From Limisphaerales bacterium (lineage in GTDB: Bacteria > Verrucomicrobiota > Verrucomicrobiia > Limisphaerales > SXTU01): DNA of 64,000 nt. This document shows positions 25,960 to 33,762 of the stretch, piece by piece. How positions within the stretch are numbered: the stretch's first letter is position 1; each line of letters begins with the position of its first letter. The notes under the pieces were generated by a model. It was not told the origin of the DNA. It saw only the letters and a list, made by a program, of their open reading frames with translations, and did not search any database. Where the stretch lies: assembly GCA_009773355.1 (NCBI GenBank), contig WRPG01000021.1, positions 2,394 to 66,393 on the forward strand, given 5' to 3'. A program made the translations under genes and the position numbers.

Positions 25960-27300
25960 TCAACCCCGCTTTGCCGCCTGCCACTCGTTCAAGCCCCGCT
26001 CTCCCGCCGCCGCGTCCAGGCCGAGCAGCTCCATCGCCTCGCCGATGAGGTAGAGCGAGCCTGCAACCAGCGCCCGCGGCTCGTCCGTCAAGGCCGCGAG
26101 CGCGTCCCGGGCCGACTCATGCGCCGTGACCCGCGCCGCCGGATTTGCCCGGCGGCAAAACTCCGCCAGCGCCGCCGGCTCCAGCGACCGGTTGCTGCCC
26201 ACCCGCACCGCCGCGATGCGCCGCGCCAGCGGGGCCAGTTCCCGGCACATGAGTTCGCAGTCCTTGTCCGCCAGCATCCCCACGAGGAGGGCGAAGGGCT
26301 GGCCGCCAAACTCGCCCTTCAGCGCCGTCACCAGTGCGCGAACGCCGTCGGAGTTGTGCGCGCCGTCGAGGAGAAACTCCCTCCCGCCCACCTTCGCCAC
26401 CTGCAAGCGCCCGGCCCACTGAACCGCTTCCAGCCCGCGCCAAAGCGCCGGCTCGCTCACCGGCAGCGTGGCCTGCAACGCCCGCACCACTGCCACCGCG
26501 AGCGCCGCGTTCCGGCGCTGGTGCGCCCCGCGCAACGGCAGCGCGACCGGAGCGCCGGTTTCCAAACCGGCTTTGCGTTCCTCCGCGACGAGCGTGAAGG
26601 GCGCTCCACACCGCTCCGCGGCGTCACGGATCACCGCCACCGCCTCCGGCGCGTCCGTCGCCGTGAGCACCGGCACGCGCGGCTTGATGATGCCCGCCTT
26701 CTCCGCCGCGATCTTCGCCAGCGTGTCCCCGAGCCACTGTTGATGGTCGAAGGCGATGTTCGTGATGACGCTCGCCAGCGGCGTCACGATGTTTGTCGCA
26801 TCCAGCCGCCCACCCAGCCCGGTCTCCCAAATCACCAGATCGCACTTCTGCTCCGCGAAATACTTCAGCGCCATGACCGTGATGAACTCGAAGAGTGTCG
26901 GTGGAGAGTTGGGGGAGTGATTAGTAATTAGTGATTGAGTGTTTGGTGGGGCGGCGGCGGCTGGCTGACTATTTACCAAACACTGATTACTAATTACTTC
27001 TTCCACCAACCGCGCCACGTCCGCCTCGCTGATCAACTCCCGATCCACCTGTATCCGCTCGCGGAACGAAACCAGATGCGGCGATGTGAACAGCCCCACG
27101 CGCAAACCCGCCGTCCGGTAAATGCTCTCCAGCATCGCGCAGGTGGAGCCTTTCCCATTTGTTCCTGCCAAATGGATGAACCGCAGCCGGTCCTGCGGAT
27201 TGCCCAGTGCCGCCGCCAGCCGCCGCGTCGTCTCCAGGCCGAACTGCGCGCCAAAGACGGCCAGCCCGTGCAGGTAATCCAGCGCTTCCGCGTAAGTCAT
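25960..27300 (-). CDS. folC: Bifunctional folylpolyglutamate synthase / dihydrofolate synthase
   Basis: P-loop HLAGTNGKGST, FTSPHLVSFRERI, WETGLGGRLDATNIV, NIAFDHQQWLG. ATG at 27300 (TTG at 27309 is an alternative). Confidence 0.88.
   Translation of the reverse strand: MTYAEALDYLHGLAVFGAQFGLETTRRLAAALGNPQDRLRFIHLAGTNGKGSTCAMLESIYRTAGLRVGLFTSPHLVSFRERIQVDRELISEADVARLVEEVISNQCLVNSQPAAAAPPNTQSLITNHSPNSPPTLFEFITVMALKYFAEQKCDLVIWETGLGGRLDATNIVTPLASVITNIAFDHQQWLGDTLAKIAAEKAGIIKPRVPVLTATDAPEAVAVIRDAAERCGAPFTLVAEERKAGLETGAPVALPLRGAHQRRNAALAVAVVRALQATLPVSEPALWRGLEAVQWAGRLQVAKVGGREFLLDGAHNSDGVRALVTALKGEFGGQPFALLVGMLADKDCELMCRELAPLARRIAAVRVGSNRSLEPAALAEFCRRANPAARVTAHESARDALAALTDEPRALVAGSLYLIGEAMELLGLDAAAGERGLNEWQAAKRG
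26917..26997. repeat. 81-nt AT-rich heptamer-based palindrome embedded in frame in folC
   Basis: gtgattagtaattagtgattgagtgtttggt ... accaaacactgattactaattac (arms differ at about 3 of 24 positions). Encodes ISNQCLVNSQPAAAAPPNTQSLITNHS between conserved FolC blocks. Confidence 0.8.
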
Positions 27301-27321
27301 CGTGCGCAAACCGTGCCCTCC

Positions 27322-28101
27322 TCAAACCCGCTCCAGCAACACCAGAAACTCCTTGTTCCCCGCCGGCCCCAGCAATGGCGATTCCGTCACGCCGCGCCAC
27401 GCGGTGCCCGGCAGGTCGGACTTCACAAACGCTTCCAGCTCCGCCAGCACGCGCGCATGAACCACCGGGTCCGTGATCACGCCCTCGCCCTTGTCCGCCT
27501 CCGCCTTGCCCGCCTCGAACTGCGGCTTCACAAGCGCCACGATGCGCCCGTCGGGAGCCAGCAGCGCCACCGCCGCCGGCAGAATCTTGCGCAGGGAAAT
27601 GAACGAGCAATCCACCACCACCAGCGGGACTGCGAACACGCCTTCATTCCGCATTCCACATTCTGCACTCCGCATTTGACCGAGCCGCTCCGCCGTCAGC
27701 TCCCGGGCATTCGTCTTCTCCAGCACCACCACGCGCGGGTCGTTGCGCAGCTTCCACGCGAGCTGCCCCTGCCCCACGTCCACCGCGAAGACCCGCGCCG
27801 CGCCGCGTTGCAGCAGGCAATCGGTGAAGCCGCCCGTGCTCGCGCCGAGGTCCACCGCCGTCAGCCCGCGCACGTCGAGAGCGAAGTGCTCCAGCGCGTG
27901 CTCCAGCTTGTGCCCGCCCCGGCTCACGAACTTCTCCGTCGCCTCGAGCGCGAGCGTGTCGGCCTCGCGCACGAGATCGCTGGCCTTGCGGGCGACCTGG
28001 CCGTTCACGCGCACCAGTCCGGCCATCACGGCGCGCTTGGCCTTCTCGCGGCTTTCGCAAAGCCCGCGCGCCACCAACGCCTGATCCAGCCGCGAATTCA
28101 T
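27322..28101 (-). CDS. tlyA: TlyA-family rRNA 2'-O-methyltransferase (S4 domain + FtsJ-like MTase)
   Basis: MNSRLDQALVARGLCESREKAKRAVMAGLVRVNG (S4), FVSRGGHKLEHAL, AVDLGASTGGFTDCLLQRGA, DCSFISLRKILP, LVKPQFEAG. Confidence 0.88.
   Translation of the reverse strand: MNSRLDQALVARGLCESREKAKRAVMAGLVRVNGQVARKASDLVREADTLALEATEKFVSRGGHKLEHALEHFALDVRGLTAVDLGASTGGFTDCLLQRGAARVFAVDVGQGQLAWKLRNDPRVVVLEKTNARELTAERLGQMRSAECGMRNEGVFAVPLVVVDCSFISLRKILPAAVALLAPDGRIVALVKPQFEAGKAEADKGEGVITDPVVHARVLAELEAFVKSDLPGTAWRGVTESPLLGPAGNKEFLVLLERV
27645..27679. repeat. Five tandem heptamers (cattccg cattcca cattctg cactccg catttga) inside tlyA
   Basis: 7-nt periodicity read directly from the sequence. Encodes QMRSAECGMRNEG, in a loop that is much shorter in TlyA proteins I recall. 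Confidence 0.7.
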
Positions 28102-28133
28102 AGCCGCGAGCCTGCCGCGAACGCCCGCCCTGA

Positions 28134-28167
28134 CAAAGCCAAAAGCCGCGGGCGATGGCTCGCGGCT
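28134..28167 (-). terminator. Possible intrinsic terminator after the 28217..28972 gene
   Basis: On the minus strand: agccgcg-agccatcgcc-cgcggct followed by tttggctttg. 7-bp GC stem with a partial T-tract. Confidence 0.35.
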
Positions 28168-28216
28168 GCTGCTGCCGTTTGAGTGAAAAGTGCCGGGGCG
28201 CAACCGCGTTGCTCCA

Positions 28217-28972
28217 CTACTTCCCCTGCCCCGTCGGCGGTTTCGCGGCCGGCAGCAAGGTGATGCTCACCTCCACGACCGTGTCCAGCGGCGGCACGTC
28301 CTGTTTGCGCACAACCCAAGTATCGTCCGCATCGCGGTTCGGGCGCGAGTGGTTGAAGACCGCGTCGAGGTCCGTGATGAGCGCGATGACTGAGCCTTCC
28401 GTCTGCGCGATGAATTTGCCCTGCCAGACGCGCGAACCGGTGAAGGTGAACGGCCCCTTGCTCATCGGCTCCTTCGCCCGCTTGTTGAAGACGAGTTCCT
28501 CGATCCGCCGGCGCTGCGGCTTGCCGTCCTGCGTCCACGTCACCTCAACCAACACCGGCTCGCCGGGCAGCGGCGGGTTGCGCTCGCCGGCCGGTGATTG
28601 CGTGATGGGGCCGCCCGCGGGCGCGTTGGTGAGCGGAGCGGCCTGCATCCCCTTCGCGCCGAGGAGGAGCATCGCGACCTGCAAGTGATGCGGCGCGATG
28701 TCCGTCTTGAGCACGCTTTCGTGGAGTTTGCCCTGGCCGGTGACGAGCAGGTATTCGAGCGGGCCGTCGGTCATGTTGAGCTTGGCCGGCAGGGACACGC
28801 GGCGCGCGGCCTTCTCCAGCTTCACGCCGCCGACTTGGAAGACGCCGGGCGAAACTTCGCGGATGCTCGGCGGGGTGGGCGGCTTCTCCGCCGGCAAACC
28901 CGGGGGCTGTTGAGCCGACAGGGAAATCACCAGCGCGCACAACAGCGGCAAGAAGGAGTGCAAGTTCATCAT
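28217..28972 (-). CDS. Secreted protein, YdjY-domain-like (tentative)
   Basis: Signal peptide MMNLHSFLPLLCALVISLSAQ. Block LPAKLNMTDGPLEYLLVTGQGKLHESVL...LQVAMLLLGAKG resembles PVC proteins annotated as YdjY domain-containing (from memory). Confidence 0.5.
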   Translation of the reverse strand: MMNLHSFLPLLCALVISLSAQQPPGLPAEKPPTPPSIREVSPGVFQVGGVKLEKAARRVSLPAKLNMTDGPLEYLLVTGQGKLHESVLKTDIAPHHLQVAMLLLGAKGMQAAPLTNAPAGGPITQSPAGERNPPLPGEPVLVEVTWTQDGKPQRRRIEELVFNKRAKEPMSKGPFTFTGSRVWQGKFIAQTEGSVIALITDLDAVFNHSRPNRDADDTWVVRKQDVPPLDTVVEVSITLLPAAKPPTGQGK

Positions 28973-29029
28973 CGGCCGGACGCCGCCAAGCTACGCAGCC
29001 CGCCGCCGAACGCGAGCGTTTCCTCCGTT

Positions 29030-29106
29030 GGTAGCAGCCGACGTGAGGAGGCTCTGATTCACTGGAGAATCGGATTGAAGTGAGCCTCCTCACGTCGGCT
29101 GCTACC
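29030..29106. repeat. Perfect 25-bp-arm palindrome (family shared with 41622-41692)
   Basis: ggtagcagccgacgtgaggaggctc - 27-nt loop - gagcctcctcacgtcggctgctacc, in the divergent intergenic region. Confidence 0.9.
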
Positions 29107-29178
29107 CGGAAATGCGCGCGCTTGCCCGGCGCGGATTTGCCCTCCACGATTCCGCCAGTTCAAACGTCCATCTCTGCC

Positions 29179-32100
29179 ATGAGCCAACGTCTCTGCCTGT
29201 TCCTCGCCGCGCTTGCCACCGCGCTTCAGCCGCTGCGCGCGCAAGACGCCGCCAAGGAAGCCCAGTTCCTCACCAACACGCGCCAACTCATCTTCGAAGG
29301 CCGGCGCAGCGGCGAAAGCTACTTCTCGGCCGACGGCAAGTTCATGGTCTTTCAGAGCGAGCGCGAGGCGGACAATCCCTTCTACCAGATTTACCTGCTG
29401 AACCTGGAGACCGGCGACGTGAACCGCGTCTCACCCGGCACCGGCAAGACCACCTGCGCCTTCCTCCGCCCCGGCAGCGACGACGTGCTCTTCGCGAGCA
29501 CCCACACCGATCCTGAGGCGAAGACCAAGCAGAAGGCCGAGTTCGAAATCCGCGCTTCCGGCAAGTCCCGCCGCTACGCGTGGGACTACGACGACCGCAT
29601 GGAAATCTTCGTGTCCAAACGCGACGGCTCGAACATCCGCCGGCTCACCGACGCTCCCGGCTACGATGCCGAGGGCAGCTACTCGCCGGACGGCAAGCTC
29701 ATCGTCTTCTGCTCGCTGCGCCATGCCTACACCGGCACGCTCTCGCCCGAGGACAAGAAGAAGCTCGAAGTGGACACCGCCTACTTCGGCGACATCTACC
29801 TGATGAACGCCGACGGCTCGAACGTCCGCCGCCTCACCAGCACCCCCGGCTACGATGGCGGGCCGTTCTTCTCCCCCGACGGCCAGCGTGTCATCTGGCG
29901 GCGATTCAACGAGAAGGGCGACACGGCGGACGTCTACACGATGAAACTCGACGGCTCCGACGTGCGCCGCCTCACCGACTTCGGCGCGATGTCCTGGGCG
30001 CCCTACTTCCACCCGTCCGGCCAATACGTCATCTACACGGCGAACAAGCACGGCTTTGGCAACTTCGAGCTGTTCCTCGTGGACGCTCTCGGCGCGAAGG
30101 AACCCGTGCGCGTGACCCACACCGACGGCTTCGACGGCCTGCCGGTCTTCTCCCCCGACGGCAAGAAACTGGCGTGGACCAGCGGCCGCACGCCGGAGAA
30201 AAACTCGCAGGTCTTCATGGCGGACTGGAACCACACGGCGGCGCTGGCGGCACTGGCACAAGCGCCGAAGCGGAGCGGAACCACGCCGGAGCTGTCACTG
30301 CAGAGAATCAAGGCTCAGGGTTTGATCAGCGTTGGGGCCCTTACCGCAGAGAGTCTTCTTCAACTCCAAAGTTATAATCCGGAAATACGTGAAGCGGATT
30401 TGCGTGGCCATGTTGGGTTTCTCGCCAGCGAGTCACTCCAAGGTCGGCTCACGGGCTCGCTCGGCGCACTAAAAGCCGCTAACTACATAGCCGAAAACTT
30501 CAAGCTCTCCGGCCTTGCTCCACTCCCGTCCGTCAGCGACTTCTTCCAACCCTTCGAGTTCAGCTCCGGCGTCCGAGTGCTGACGAATCAGAATACCGCC
30601 TCGCTCCGTGCCAGCGCTAATGCCACGCCCGCCACGCTTGCACTCGACAAGGACTTCCGCCCCCTTGCCTTCACGGCGAACGGCACCGTGGAGGGGGAAG
30701 TCGTCTTCGCCGGCTACGGCCTCTCCGTGCCTGGCAAGCTCGGGGAAGGCTATGACTCTTACAACGGCCTCGACGTGTCGAACAAGGTCGTGCTCGTGCT
30801 GCGTTACGTGCCGGAGGAAGCCGACGCCAAGCGCCGCCAGGAGCTGAACCGCTACGCCGGCCTGCGCTACAAGGCCCTCATTGCGCGCAATCGCGGCGCG
30901 AAAGCCCTGCTCGTCGTCACCGGCCCCACGTCCCCGAACGCGGGCGAACTGGCGCGGCTGACCTTCGAGACCGGTGCGAGCCACAGCGGCATCGTCTGCG
31001 CCAGCATCGGCGGCGACGTGGCGGCGAAGATGTTCACTGCCGCGGGCAAGGATTTGAAGAAGACGCAGGCCGCGCTCGACAAGGAAGACCCGCACGCGGA
31101 AGGAGCTTTCGCGCTGAAGAACGTCGCCGTGAAGCTCACCGCCGCCGTCGAGCATGTGAAGAAGGCGGACCGTAACGTCCTCGCGCACATCCCGCCTGTC
31201 GGCACCAAGGAGTATGTCATCGTCGGCGCGCATTACGACCACCTCGGCCACGGCGAGACCGGCGGCTTCGCGCGCAAGGACGAGGAAGGCAAGGTCCACC
31301 CCGGCGCGGATGACAACGCCAGCGGCACCGCCGCGCTGCTCGAACTCGCTGGAGCGCTAGCCGAAGAATTTCGGAGCGCAGGTGTCCAACCTGCGTCCGG
31401 TTCCAGCGCGCCGAAAGCCGTGGCAAACGCAGGTTGGACACTTGCGCTCCGGCGCGGCGTGCTCTTCGCCGCCTGGTCTGGCGAGGAAGTCGGCTTGATC
31501 GGCTCCTCGCACTTCGCCGAGAAGCCGCCGCTCCCGCTCTCGAACGTCGTCGCCTACGTGAACTTCGACATGGTCGGCCGCCTGCGCGACAACAAGCTGA
31601 GTCTCCAGGGCATCGGCTCCTCCCCTACGTGGCGGAAGCTGATCGAGAAGCGCAACGTCGCCGCCGGCTTCAATCTGGCCTTGCAGGAAGACCCGTATCT
31701 GCCCACCGACACCACGCCCTTCTATCCGAAGAACGTGCCGGTCATCGCCTTCTTCACCGGCAGTCACGAGGAGTATCACCGGCCCGCCGACAAGCCCGAC
31801 ACGCTGAACTACGACGGCCTCGAACGCATCGCCAAGTTCGCCCGCGCCCTCATCACCGACCTCGCCTCGGGTGCCGAGCGCCCGGCCTACGCGAAGGTCG
31901 AGAAGAAGGACGGCGGCGGCGGCCGCGAGCAGCTCCGCGCCTACCTCGGCACCATCCCCGACTACGCTCAGGAAGTAGCCGGCGTGAAGCTGAGCGGCAC
32001 CCGCGGCGGCAGCCCCGCCGACAAGGCCGGGCTGAAGGGTGGCGACGTCATCGTCGAATTCGCCGGCCAGAAGATTGCCAACATCTACGACTACACCTAT

Positions 32101-32199
32101 GCCATCGAGGCCGTGAAAATCGGCCAACCGGTGAAAATCATCGTCCTCCGCGACGGCAAACGCGTGGAACTCACCGTGACGCCAGAGGTGCGGAAGTGA
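29179..32199 (+). CDS. Secreted TolB-like beta-propeller / M28 aminopeptidase / PDZ fusion protein
   Basis: Signal peptide MSQRLCLFLAALATALQPLRAQ. PD40-type repeats (YFSADGKFMVF, SYSPDGKLIVF, FFSPDGQRVIW, VFSPDGKKLAW). M28 motifs VGAHYDHLGHG, HPGADDNASGTAALLELA, SGEEVGLIGS. C-terminal PDZ GSPADKAGLKGGDVIVEFAG. Confidence 0.85.
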   Translation: MSQRLCLFLAALATALQPLRAQDAAKEAQFLTNTRQLIFEGRRSGESYFSADGKFMVFQSEREADNPFYQIYLLNLETGDVNRVSPGTGKTTCAFLRPGSDDVLFASTHTDPEAKTKQKAEFEIRASGKSRRYAWDYDDRMEIFVSKRDGSNIRRLTDAPGYDAEGSYSPDGKLIVFCSLRHAYTGTLSPEDKKKLEVDTAYFGDIYLMNADGSNVRRLTSTPGYDGGPFFSPDGQRVIWRRFNEKGDTADVYTMKLDGSDVRRLTDFGAMSWAPYFHPSGQYVIYTANKHGFGNFELFLVDALGAKEPVRVTHTDGFDGLPVFSPDGKKLAWTSGRTPEKNSQVFMADWNHTAALAALAQAPKRSGTTPELSLQRIKAQGLISVGALTAESLLQLQSYNPEIREADLRGHVGFLASESLQGRLTGSLGALKAANYIAENFKLSGLAPLPSVSDFFQPFEFSSGVRVLTNQNTASLRASANATPATLALDKDFRPLAFTANGTVEGEVVFAGYGLSVPGKLGEGYDSYNGLDVSNKVVLVLRYVPEEADAKRRQELNRYAGLRYKALIARNRGAKALLVVTGPTSPNAGELARLTFETGASHSGIVCASIGGDVAAKMFTAAGKDLKKTQAALDKEDPHAEGAFALKNVAVKLTAAVEHVKKADRNVLAHIPPVGTKEYVIVGAHYDHLGHGETGGFARKDEEGKVHPGADDNASGTAALLELAGALAEEFRSAGVQPASGSSAPKAVANAGWTLALRRGVLFAAWSGEEVGLIGSSHFAEKPPLPLSNVVAYVNFDMVGRLRDNKLSLQGIGSSPTWRKLIEKRNVAAGFNLALQEDPYLPTDTTPFYPKNVPVIAFFTGSHEEYHRPADKPDTLNYDGLERIAKFARALITDLASGAERPAYAKVEKKDGGGGREQLRAYLGTIPDYAQEVAGVKLSGTRGGSPADKAGLKGGDVIVEFAGQKIANIYDYTYAIEAVKIGQPVKIIVLRDGKRVELTVTPEVRK
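31373..31450. repeat. 78-nt palindrome embedded in frame in the M28 peptidase gene (family shared with 45382-45448)
   Basis: ggagcgcaggtgtccaacctgcgt - loop - acgcaggttggacacttgcgctcc (1 mismatch in 24). Encodes RSAGVQPASGSSAPKAVANAGWTLAL between the conserved ADDNASGTAALLELA and FAAWSGEEVG blocks. Confidence 0.85.
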
Positions 32200-32238
32200 T
32201 TTGACCCGGCACCGGGCTGAACCGCCCTGCCGCGCCGG

Positions 32239-33024
32239 CTACAGCAAGCCCGCTTCCTTCATCGCCGCTTCCAGCCCGTCCGCCACGCCGTGGCCCCAGA
32301 GGCGGTCGCTCACGTAGCCGCCTTCGCGCCAGACGGCCTCCTGCACCTGCGGGATGGCGTTCGCGGGCGCGACCAGCCAGCACGCGTGCTCGTCGCACAG
32401 CATCGGCAGGTCGTTGAAATGGTCGCCCGCCGCGAAGACGCACTCGCGCGTCAGGCCGAGCTGCCGCGTGATCTCCGCGAGCGCCGTGCCCTTGCTGTAG
32501 GCCGTGTGGCTGAAGCGCGCATACACGTCGTTGCGCACCACCGTCAGGTTCGGCACGGACTCGCAGTAATCCTTGAGGTGCGCCTCGATGTCGTCCGCGT
32601 CCGCGTTGGTCCCGGCGATGAGGCAGAAGGGGGAATACACGTCGGAGTAGACCGAGGCGCGGAATTTGCCGTTGACCCACTTGAACAGGCGCGGCAAGTC
32701 CTTCTCCACCGCCTTGAACAGCTCGCGGTGCGCGCGCTCGCAGTCGCCGTTCCACGGTTGCAGCGGGAAGAAGCGCGGCCCCTCGCGGAAATAAATCTCC
32801 CGCTCCACCGTCACCAGCCAGTCCGGCTGCACGCTCAGGTGCGCGCGGCCCAGACCTTCCATCAGGCTCGACAGGTCGCGCCCGGTGTTGATGACCCACT
32901 TCGCGCCGCGCCGCTGCAAGTCGCCGATCAGCTCCTGCAAGCGCTCCGGCACGGGCGGGTTCTCGTGGTCCGCGTGCAGTGTGCCGTCGAAGTCGGTCGA
33001 GATGATTTTGATGGGCAGGTCCAT
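32239..33024 (-). CDS. HAD-superfamily (Cof/IIB-type) phosphatase
   Basis: MDLPIKIISTDFDGTL (DxD motif), VINTGRD, FAAGDHFNDLPML. Confidence 0.75.
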   Translation of the reverse strand: MDLPIKIISTDFDGTLHADHENPPVPERLQELIGDLQRRGAKWVINTGRDLSSLMEGLGRAHLSVQPDWLVTVEREIYFREGPRFFPLQPWNGDCERAHRELFKAVEKDLPRLFKWVNGKFRASVYSDVYSPFCLIAGTNADADDIEAHLKDYCESVPNLTVVRNDVYARFSHTAYSKGTALAEITRQLGLTRECVFAAGDHFNDLPMLCDEHACWLVAPANAIPQVQEAVWREGGYVSDRLWGHGVADGLEAAMKEAGLL

Positions 33025-33034
33025 CGGCGGGGGC

Positions 33035-33129
33035 AGTATTCAGTAATCAGCGTTCAGTTTCCAGTAGGCAGTTTCCTGAGGTCGCACGGCTTGCCGCCAC
33101 TGAACACTGAAAACTGCTTGCTGAATACT
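33035..33129. repeat. Heptamer-periodic hairpin in a divergent promoter region
   Basis: Left arm tattcag taatcag cgttcag tttccag taggcag (NNNNcag x5). Right arm tgaacac tgaaaac tgcttgc tgaatac (tgNNNNc x4; with the preceding c each unit reads ctgNNNN). The arms are imperfectly complementary. Confidence 0.75.
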
Positions 33130-33186
33130 TCCTTGCTGGCCGCTGATTGCTAACCGCTCCCTCCCCGCCTACTCTGCTCACCAGCG

Positions 33187-33645
33187 ATGCCCGACGACCT
33201 CCAGGCCCAATACGACGACGCCATGTTCGCCTTCAGCCAGGGCGACTACGACACCGCCATCGCCGGCCTGCGCGCCGTGCTGGCCGCCGACCCCGCGCAC
33301 TTCGACGCCCAGCTCGCGCTCGGCATGGCCTGGTGTCGCAAGGGCGACTTCGCCACCGCCATCGCCGAGGGCCACAAGGCCGAGCAGATGCGCCCGCACG
33401 AGCAGCTCGTCCACACCAACCTCTCCCTCTTCTACATGAGGGCCGGCGACAAAAAGACCGCCGAGCACCACGGCCTCCAGGCCCGCATCGCCTCGTGGAA
33501 AGACAACCTGGCCGCCCCCGGCGCGACGCCCGCCACCCCCGGCGACCCCGACCTCGAACTCGCCAAGCCCGCCCCGCAGTCCTTCAAGCTCCCCGAGAAA
33601 TTCCCCGACCAGCCGTGGAAGAAGAACAAGCGGGTCGATGGCTAG
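33187..33645 (+). CDS. TPR-repeat protein
   Basis: Two or three TPR-like units (FSQGDYDTAIAGLRAVLAADPAHFDAQLALGMAWCRKGDFATAIAEGHKA) followed by a Pro-rich tail. Confidence 0.7.
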   Translation: MPDDLQAQYDDAMFAFSQGDYDTAIAGLRAVLAADPAHFDAQLALGMAWCRKGDFATAIAEGHKAEQMRPHEQLVHTNLSLFYMRAGDKKTAEHHGLQARIASWKDNLAAPGATPATPGDPDLELAKPAPQSFKLPEKFPDQPWKKNKRVDG

Positions 33646-33762
33646 CCCGTGAAGTATCCCGCCCACAAAACCGAGCCGATGCAGTTGCTTGAGCTTTTCC
33701 CGGAGCGGTGAGCCGCCGGCTGAGACGTGAGCCGGTTGGGATGGGCACGTCCACGCCACGGC

